Below are positions 60,003 through 64,000 of a DNA stretch of 64,000 bases, piece after piece. Made by a program: the position numbers and the translations under genes. The stretch lies in IMG/VR virus record IMGVR_UViG_3300032213_001531, positions 40,994 to 104,993 of that record. The stretch is one strand, 5' to 3'. Positions within the stretch are counted from its first letter, which is position 1. The number at the start of each line of letters is the position of its first letter. Below the pieces are notes generated by a model that searched no databases, had not been told where the DNA came from, and worked only from the letters and a program-made list of their open reading frames with translations. This stretch comes from a virus.

Positions 60003-60205
60003 TGCCAAAATATTATTATAAAGTAGATGAAAAAATTTGTGCTGAAACTTATGAGTTCCATGCAAAAAAAGATTTATTTAGAGATGGATATTATCCTTTA
60101 AACATGACGCTAGTTGTTGAAGCAACAAATGAAATTGAATCTGAAAAAATACGTATTGCAGCTACTGATATTAGAATGTGGAAATTAGACCATATAGAAG
60201 ATTAA
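60002..60205 (+). CDS. hypothetical protein
   Basis: TAATG-coupled ORF. Confidence 0.6.
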   Translation: MPKYYYKVDEKICAETYEFHAKKDLFRDGYYPLNMTLVVEATNEIESEKIRIAATDIRMWKLDHIED

Positions 60206-60375
60206 GGTCTTCCTAGGTCTCCCCAAAAAACTTCTCTACCCATGTTATCTGTTACAGGCATAAGTTTAGATTCGCATTCAGAACAAACAGTTTCTGAAAA
60301 TATTTTTTGAGCAAGACTTTCGTATTGAGGATCAAGTTCATCCCATGCGTTTTCTAGATTATCTAAGATTCCCAT
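60202..60375 (-). CDS. 57-aa protein with CxxC
   Basis: Not in ORF track: MGILDNLENAWDELDP...CSECESK...WGDLGRP; TGATAGAAT 6 nt upstream. Confidence 0.6.
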   Translation of the reverse strand: MGILDNLENAWDELDPQYESLAQKIFSETVCSECESKLMPVTDNMGREVFWGDLGRP

Positions 60376-60964
60376 TTAAATATTCTATCATGGTTTGTAG
60401 TGTTTGAATGTTATCTTTTACATTTCCTAGAGCTGCATTACAGTGATGACATAGCAAACCTCTTACACAATTACCACAAGAGCCTTCTCCTGGACAACAA
60501 GCGTGATCATGATCTACAGATAGTCGTTTTCTGAAACTTGTATCTTTTTGTTTACATATCAAACATGAGAAATTTTGACTTTGTAACAAATTGTGATAAT
60601 CATCAAGAGTTAAATTATATTTCTTAAGTGTGCGTGTTCTAGATAGCAATGGAGCACAGTCTAGACAATATGATAGTCCTTTATATCTTCCAGTCTTAGA
60701 CTGTTTCATTTGGTCTTCTTTAAAGTATTCCCCGCAATTTCTACAATGTATATTTCCATTCTCATCTAGCTTCCGTGGAAAAATACGTGTTGCGTCATTT
60801 TCCTTTAAATCATATTGTTTTACACAAACCTTACACCATTGCTTTAATCCATCTGGACCCTTGGAAAATTTATGAAATTCAGATGTCTCTTTGTATTCCT
60901 GGCAACTTGTACATTGTTTTAAACCATCTTTGTTATATTGGGCTTTTGTATATTGTTTTCTCAT
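60359..60964 (-). CDS. endonuclease VII family nuclease with N-terminal Zn fingers
   Basis: Start MRKQY; CLIC...LSVDHDH...VRGLLCHHCNAALG. Confidence 0.9.
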   Translation of the reverse strand: MRKQYTKAQYNKDGLKQCTSCQEYKETSEFHKFSKGPDGLKQWCKVCVKQYDLKENDATRIFPRKLDENGNIHCRNCGEYFKEDQMKQSKTGRYKGLSYCLDCAPLLSRTRTLKKYNLTLDDYHNLLQSQNFSCLICKQKDTSFRKRLSVDHDHACCPGEGSCGNCVRGLLCHHCNAALGNVKDNIQTLQTMIEYLNGNLR

Positions 60965-61105
60965 ACTTAAGTATATCACAAACTTCAGATTTTATTCAGA
61001 TTTCATATTGGAGATTTTCTGACAACATCTAGCTTGTGCATGATACGTGCTTTTAGAAAATGAAACAATAAAATATAGTGCGCCCATAAATAATTTTTTT
61101 TTATT

Positions 61106-61192
61106 TAGTAGTAGTACCTAGTAAAAGTTTAGCACTAGTACCAGCAAAAAGATTGGGAGTAGTGCCTAGTAAAAGTTAGACACTACTACCCT
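61106..61192. terminator. tandem imperfect hairpins sharing CCTAGTAAAAGTT
   Basis: GTAGTG..CACTAC stem; 13-mer duplicated near 61117 and 61165; at the end of the leftward micro-ORF operon. Confidence 0.5.
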
Positions 61193-61197
61193 AAAAA

Positions 61198-61383
61198 TTA
61201 TTTCTTAGCCTTGCCCTGTATCCAGCCTGAGTGAATACCTGCTAGTGGGGCATCAATATTTACCGCTGTACCTAATGGCAACGTATCACCAAACAATTCA
61301 ATAAATTGTAATAGGTTTTCTTTGCTATCAAATGTCATACCCTTAGTAGATCCGCCTACTGTTGTTAGTGTTGCGTTTATCAT
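61198..61383 (-). CDS. early hypothetical protein (paralog of 63115..63291)
   Basis: ORF track plus manual alignment. Confidence 0.75.
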   Translation of the reverse strand: MINATLTTVGGSTKGMTFDSKENLLQFIELFGDTLPLGTAVNIDAPLAGIHSGWIQGKAKK

Positions 61384-61530
61384 TTAGTTTTCTTCTTTCG
61401 CTAGTAGGTAATCGTTATTGAGTGGAGCAATATTGAGGGCATATAGTGCCTCACCTCTTGCCTTGTCTTTTGCTCGCTGTAATGCGTAGCGTTCTTGTTG
61501 TTCTTGTCTAATGCGTTCTAGTGTATTCAT
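61384..61530 (-). CDS. 48-aa early protein
   Basis: MNTLERIRQEQQERY...; abuts both neighbours. Confidence 0.7.
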   Translation of the reverse strand: MNTLERIRQEQQERYALQRAKDKARGEALYALNIAPLNNDYLLAKEEN

Positions 61531-61653
61531 TTAGTTACCCCCGTTAATAAAACATAATCCGATTGCGATTGCTATGCCAATGAAGGCTCCTACTGGTGCC
61601 ATGAAGTCTGCGTTATCATCTAACCAGTCTATTGCGTATGTGAATGGATTCAT
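61531..61653 (-). CDS. 40-aa membrane peptide
   Basis: MNPFTYAIDWLDDNADFMAPVGAFIGIAIAIGLCFINGGN; AAGGAG RBS. Confidence 0.7.
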   Translation of the reverse strand: MNPFTYAIDWLDDNADFMAPVGAFIGIAIAIGLCFINGGN

Positions 61654-61668
61654 GTTAATTCTCCTTAG

Positions 61669-61806
61669 TTAGTTTGAACGATATTGAGGAGTATATTCTC
61701 CGTCAATTTCTATTGAGCAAGGGGCACAGCCGTAGCCGTCACAGATGTCATCATTTTCAATAGCCCAGCAGATTTCATCTGTTGCGTAGATTGTGTTAGT
61801 GTTCAT
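61669..61806 (-). CDS. 45-aa Cys-containing early protein
   Basis: MNTNTIYATDEICW...CDGYGCAPC; GAAAGG RBS; own promoter. Confidence 0.7.
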   Translation of the reverse strand: MNTNTIYATDEICWAIENDDICDGYGCAPCSIEIDGEYTPQYRSN

Positions 61807-61838
61807 TTTTGAACCTTTCTTGTTGTTGTTATAATGGA

Positions 61839-61860
61839 AGTATAGCAGGGGGTACTGACA
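61839..61860 (-). promoter_or_regulatory. early promoter TGTCAG-N7-TGC-TATACT
   Basis: One of five copies with identical spacing. Confidence 0.8.
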
Positions 61861-61892
61861 TTTTTACCCCTTTTGGGGGTGTGTCTGATGTG

Positions 61893-62060
61893 TTACTCGT
61901 CACACTCGCAAGGCTGAGCGTAGTCAAACTCACAGAAATAGCACCCCTGAGCCTGAAAGTGCTTGTCGCAATAGTGACGGAATTGGATCTCGCCACAGTG
62001 GATAAATTGGGTGTTATCAGTTAAATAGTACTGATTAACGGGATATAGGGTAAGTGACAT
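61893..62060 (-). CDS. 55-aa Cys/His-rich early protein
   Basis: MSLTLYP...HCGE...YCDKH...GCYFC...PCECDE; GAAAGGA RBS; own promoter. Confidence 0.7.
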   Translation of the reverse strand: MSLTLYPVNQYYLTDNTQFIHCGEIQFRHYCDKHFQAQGCYFCEFDYAQPCECDE

Positions 62061-62091
62061 TTTTATGTCCTTTCGTTGTTGTTATATGGCA

Positions 62092-62113
62092 AGTGTAGCA
62101 GGTAGCACTGACA
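62092..62113 (-). promoter_or_regulatory. early promoter TGTCAG-N7-TGC-TACACT
   Basis: Repeat copy. Confidence 0.8.
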
Positions 62114-62188
62114 AAAACAACCCGACACGCCGTAATTGTGTAATATTTATATGTGATATACACCACATAAAAAAATGTCGAAAAAAAG

Positions 62189-62197
62189 TTATCCACA
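62189..62197 (+). promoter_or_regulatory. DnaA box (TTATCCACA)
   Basis: Perfect consensus 9-mer in the divergent intergenic region; single copy. Confidence 0.45.
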
Positions 62198-62267
62198 GGG
62201 TGATGTGTATATCCTTGTCAAGCCGACACGCCCTAATAATTATAACAATTTGATAACGATCTAATCA

Positions 62268-62299
62268 TGTGACATGAAACACATGTGACCTACCTCACA
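62268..62299. promoter_or_regulatory. tandem CRP/GlxR-type sites
   Basis: TGTGA-N6-ACACA then perfect TGTGA-N6-TCACA. Confidence 0.7.
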
Positions 62300-62332
62300 A
62301 TGTCCGAATTGTTCTATTTGTACCCCTCAATT

Positions 62333-62354
62333 TGTCAGACCCCTGTGTTAGACT
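62333..62354 (+). promoter_or_regulatory. early promoter TGTCAG-N7-TGT-TAGACT
   Basis: Repeat copy; GAAAGGTGG RBS downstream. Confidence 0.8.
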
Positions 62355-62389
62355 TACAGTATAAAGAAATTAAAGAAAGGTGGTCTAAA

Positions 62390-62563
62390 ATGACTACATT
62401 AACAAAAACACATGAGCATAACCCTATGCTTTCCGCTATCTCAGAGGTATCAGATACCCAATACACTTTCTGCCAAGATTGTGAGCAAAACATTGAGCGT
62501 TACTACTATGATAGTGACCCTGAGCAATTCCCTATGTGGACAGATTGGAAGGTATCTCAATGA
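62390..62563 (+). CDS. early protein with CxxC
   Basis: Start MTTLTKTH after GAAAGG. Confidence 0.7.
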   Translation: MTTLTKTHEHNPMLSAISEVSDTQYTFCQDCEQNIERYYYDSDPEQFPMWTDWKVSQ

Positions 62564-62760
62564 TAGCCCTCTCCCATAATCTATCTAAATGCCTTTCTTG
62601 TAATTGGACAGGTGACTCTTGGGATAATTTCTGCTCAATAGATAAATCTCACCCTACCGTTGAGGCTTGGGCTTGGCTCAATAAGCCTAGTGATGACTAT
62701 CACACTTGGTTTTACACTTATTCGTCTGATTTGTCAGACCCCTCTGCTAAACTTGCTTAA
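62560..62760 (+). CDS. early protein with CxxC
   Basis: ATGA overlap; MIALSHNLSKCLSC. Confidence 0.6.
   Translation: MIALSHNLSKCLSCNWTGDSWDNFCSIDKSHPTVEAWAWLNKPSDDYHTWFYTYSSDLSDPSAKLA
62732..62753 (+). promoter_or_regulatory. early promoter TGTCAG-N7-TGC-TAAACT
   Basis: Repeat copy. Confidence 0.8.
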
Positions 62761-62785
62761 TAACAAAAAGAAAGGTGGTCATAAT

Positions 62786-62965
62786 ATGACTATACTAAAA
62801 ACACAAGAGGTTATAGATAACGCCCTGTTATCCGTACTAGAGCCTCACCTATACGGCAGAGCCTCTACCGCACTTATCCCATGCTCTAATTGTAATGATA
62901 ATTATTTAGAGGTATTTGCTAAAGATAAAAAGTTCACTAAGTTCACATGCGAGGGGTGTAAGTAA
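62786..62965 (+). CDS. early zinc-ribbon protein
   Basis: Start MTILKTQ after GAAAGG; CSNC...CEGC. Confidence 0.7.
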   Translation: MTILKTQEVIDNALLSVLEPHLYGRASTALIPCSNCNDNYLEVFAKDKKFTKFTCEGCK

Positions 62966-63111
62966 TGAATAAATATGAACTAAGAGATTTAGCATTTAGC
63001 CTTGCTAAAGAAAATCATGGAGATCAAAAATATGCTGCGCTCTGGGGTGCTGCTGCTGTTCTACTTTCAGAAAAAGATTTAGAAATTATTGTAAAAGTAA
63101 TGGAGATGTAA
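62965..63111 (+). CDS. 48-aa early protein
   Basis: MNKYELRDLAFSLAKENHGDQKYAALWG...; TAATG-coupled. Confidence 0.7.
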   Translation: MNKYELRDLAFSLAKENHGDQKYAALWGAAAVLLSEKDLEIIVKVMEM

Positions 63112-63114
63112 ATA

Positions 63115-63291
63115 ATGATAACCCTAACCCTAACCTCATATAACGGCAACACTAAGAAAATGCCTTTCTATTCTAAGCAACAGGTACTAGATTTTCTTTC
63201 TGCGTTACCTTCACGCCTTAACAAAAACACATCTCTAAAAGTAGAGTGTGACATCTTAGCAATTAACGGAACTATTAGAGGGGCTAACTAA
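63115..63291 (+). CDS. 58-aa early protein (paralog of 61198..61383)
   Basis: MITLTLTSYNGNTKKMPFYSKQQVLDF... Confidence 0.75.
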   Translation: MITLTLTSYNGNTKKMPFYSKQQVLDFLSALPSRLNKNTSLKVECDILAINGTIRGAN

Positions 63292-63482
63292 TGTTAGATT
63301 TTGATGTCGCTTTTGAAATTAAATCATGGTTTGATGACATGCTAGACGAATCGTATAAGCCTTTTGAAATTGGTAACTTATCTTTTTCTGCCTCACAGAT
63401 TTTGCGAGAGTGTGACCCTGTTGCTTATCACCAATCACTTTTAGATTTTGAGGACGCTATTAGAGAAAATGAAGAGGGGTAA
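63291..63482 (+). CDS. acidic early protein
   Basis: FDDMLDESY...ASQILRECDPVAY. Confidence 0.75.
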   Translation: MLDFDVAFEIKSWFDDMLDESYKPFEIGNLSFSASQILRECDPVAYHQSLLDFEDAIRENEEG

Positions 63483-63484
63483 AA

Positions 63485-63589
63485 ATGGAAATAGATTTAT
63501 TCGGATTTGCTAACGCAATACAATTAGATCATTTAACTAATGAACAACTTTTAGAATTAGAAAAAATACTTAACGGAATTGGAGAATAA
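63485..63589 (+). CDS. 34-aa early protein
   Basis: MEIDLFGFANAIQLDHLTNEQLLELEKILNGIGE; GAGG RBS. Confidence 0.6.
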   Translation: MEIDLFGFANAIQLDHLTNEQLLELEKILNGIGE

Positions 63590-63592
63590 AAA

Positions 63593-63685
63593 ATGGATCT
63601 AACTTTTTTTACTGACGGCAGAGCTTTATTTTTCTTAACTTTATTTTTTGCTTTTCGTTTTTTATATTTACTTGGGAAGGGGTAA
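63593..63685 (+). CDS. 30-aa hydrophobic peptide
   Basis: MDLTFFTDGRALFFLTLFFAFRFLYLLGKG; GGAG RBS. Confidence 0.55.
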   Translation: MDLTFFTDGRALFFLTLFFAFRFLYLLGKG

Positions 63686-63758
63686 ATAAAATTTTCGAAA
63701 AAACCGACACGCCGATAAGTTTAAGATTGTTATAAAATTGTTATAAAGTTTACAATTA

Positions 63759-63774
63759 TGTGATAATGATCACA
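63759..63774. promoter_or_regulatory. CRP/GlxR-type site
   Basis: Perfect TGTGA-TAATGA-TCACA. Confidence 0.7.
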
Positions 63775-63822
63775 AAAATAAATATCAAAATGTCCGAATT
63801 GTTAGCATTTCTAATTTGATAA

Positions 63823-63844
63823 TGTCAGTCTAATCTGCTAAACT
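63823..63844 (+). promoter_or_regulatory. early promoter TGTCAG-N7-TGC-TAAACT
   Basis: Repeat copy; GAAAGG RBS downstream. Confidence 0.8.
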
Positions 63845-63876
63845 TACATAGTAAGCAATTAAACGAAAGGTCAAAA

Positions 63877-63990
63877 ATGACACTAGAGGAATATAAGGCG
63901 CTAATACAGGCGCAACGCAACGCAAGCAAGGCTCAGGCTTTGTCAGTCCTATCCGCTACAATTAAAGAAATAAAGAAAGGTGACAACTAA
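63877..63990 (+). CDS. 37-aa early protein
   Basis: MTLEEYKALIQAQRNASKAQALSVLSATIKEIKKGDN; next ATG overlaps the stop. Confidence 0.65.
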   Translation: MTLEEYKALIQAQRNASKAQALSVLSATIKEIKKGDN

Positions 63991-64000
63991 TGTCAGCAAA

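Noticed and set aside
60359-60964. Endonuclease VII gene as a defined mobile element
   Set aside because: Free-standing, no interrupted gene or flanking repeats; a homing versus resolvase role cannot be decided from sequence.
61997-62005. Second DnaA-box-like 9-mer
   Set aside because: One mismatch, and it lies inside the coding sequence of 61893..62060.
61809-62253. ORF-track plus-strand ORFs 61809..62024 and 62065..62253
   Set aside because: They overlap better-supported minus-strand genes and promoters.

Overview
64 kb from a large, AT-rich dsDNA tailed phage with siphovirus-type tail genes. It probably infects an Actinobacterium; the evidence is a PASTA domain, GAAAGG RBSs, widespread leaderless genes and CRP/WhiA-like sites. 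Left to right: (1) replication genes (partial primase, DnaB helicase, HTH protein); (2) a minus-strand morphogenesis block (baseplate/minor tail, 3613-aa tape measure, two tail chaperones, major tail, neck, HK97-type capsid, protease/scaffold, portal); (3) class II ribonucleotide reductase; (4) a modification-enzyme array (seven 2OG-Fe(II) oxygenases, two DUF6065-like genes, an SDR, a small Cys-rich protein) directly downstream of a Pro/Phe-repeat, Cys-tipped adhesin-like gene; (5) tail fibres, a second Pro/Phe adhesin with a PASTA domain, a collagen-like gene and a stand-alone lytic transglycosylase; (6) a second oxygenase/methyltransferase cassette and an endonuclease VII; (7) a divergent early region of micro-ORFs under a repeated composite promoter. 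The best candidate new system is a duplicated 'fibre + (PFFP)n/10-Cys adhesin' module with its own hydroxylase array, i.e. phage-encoded post-translational tailoring of receptor-binding proteins. Also notable are a kinase-like cargo domain inside the tape measure and duplicated tail chaperones apparently replacing the usual frameshift. No tRNA, CRISPR, integrase, reverse transcriptase or terminase was seen. All family calls come from motif recognition, not database searches.
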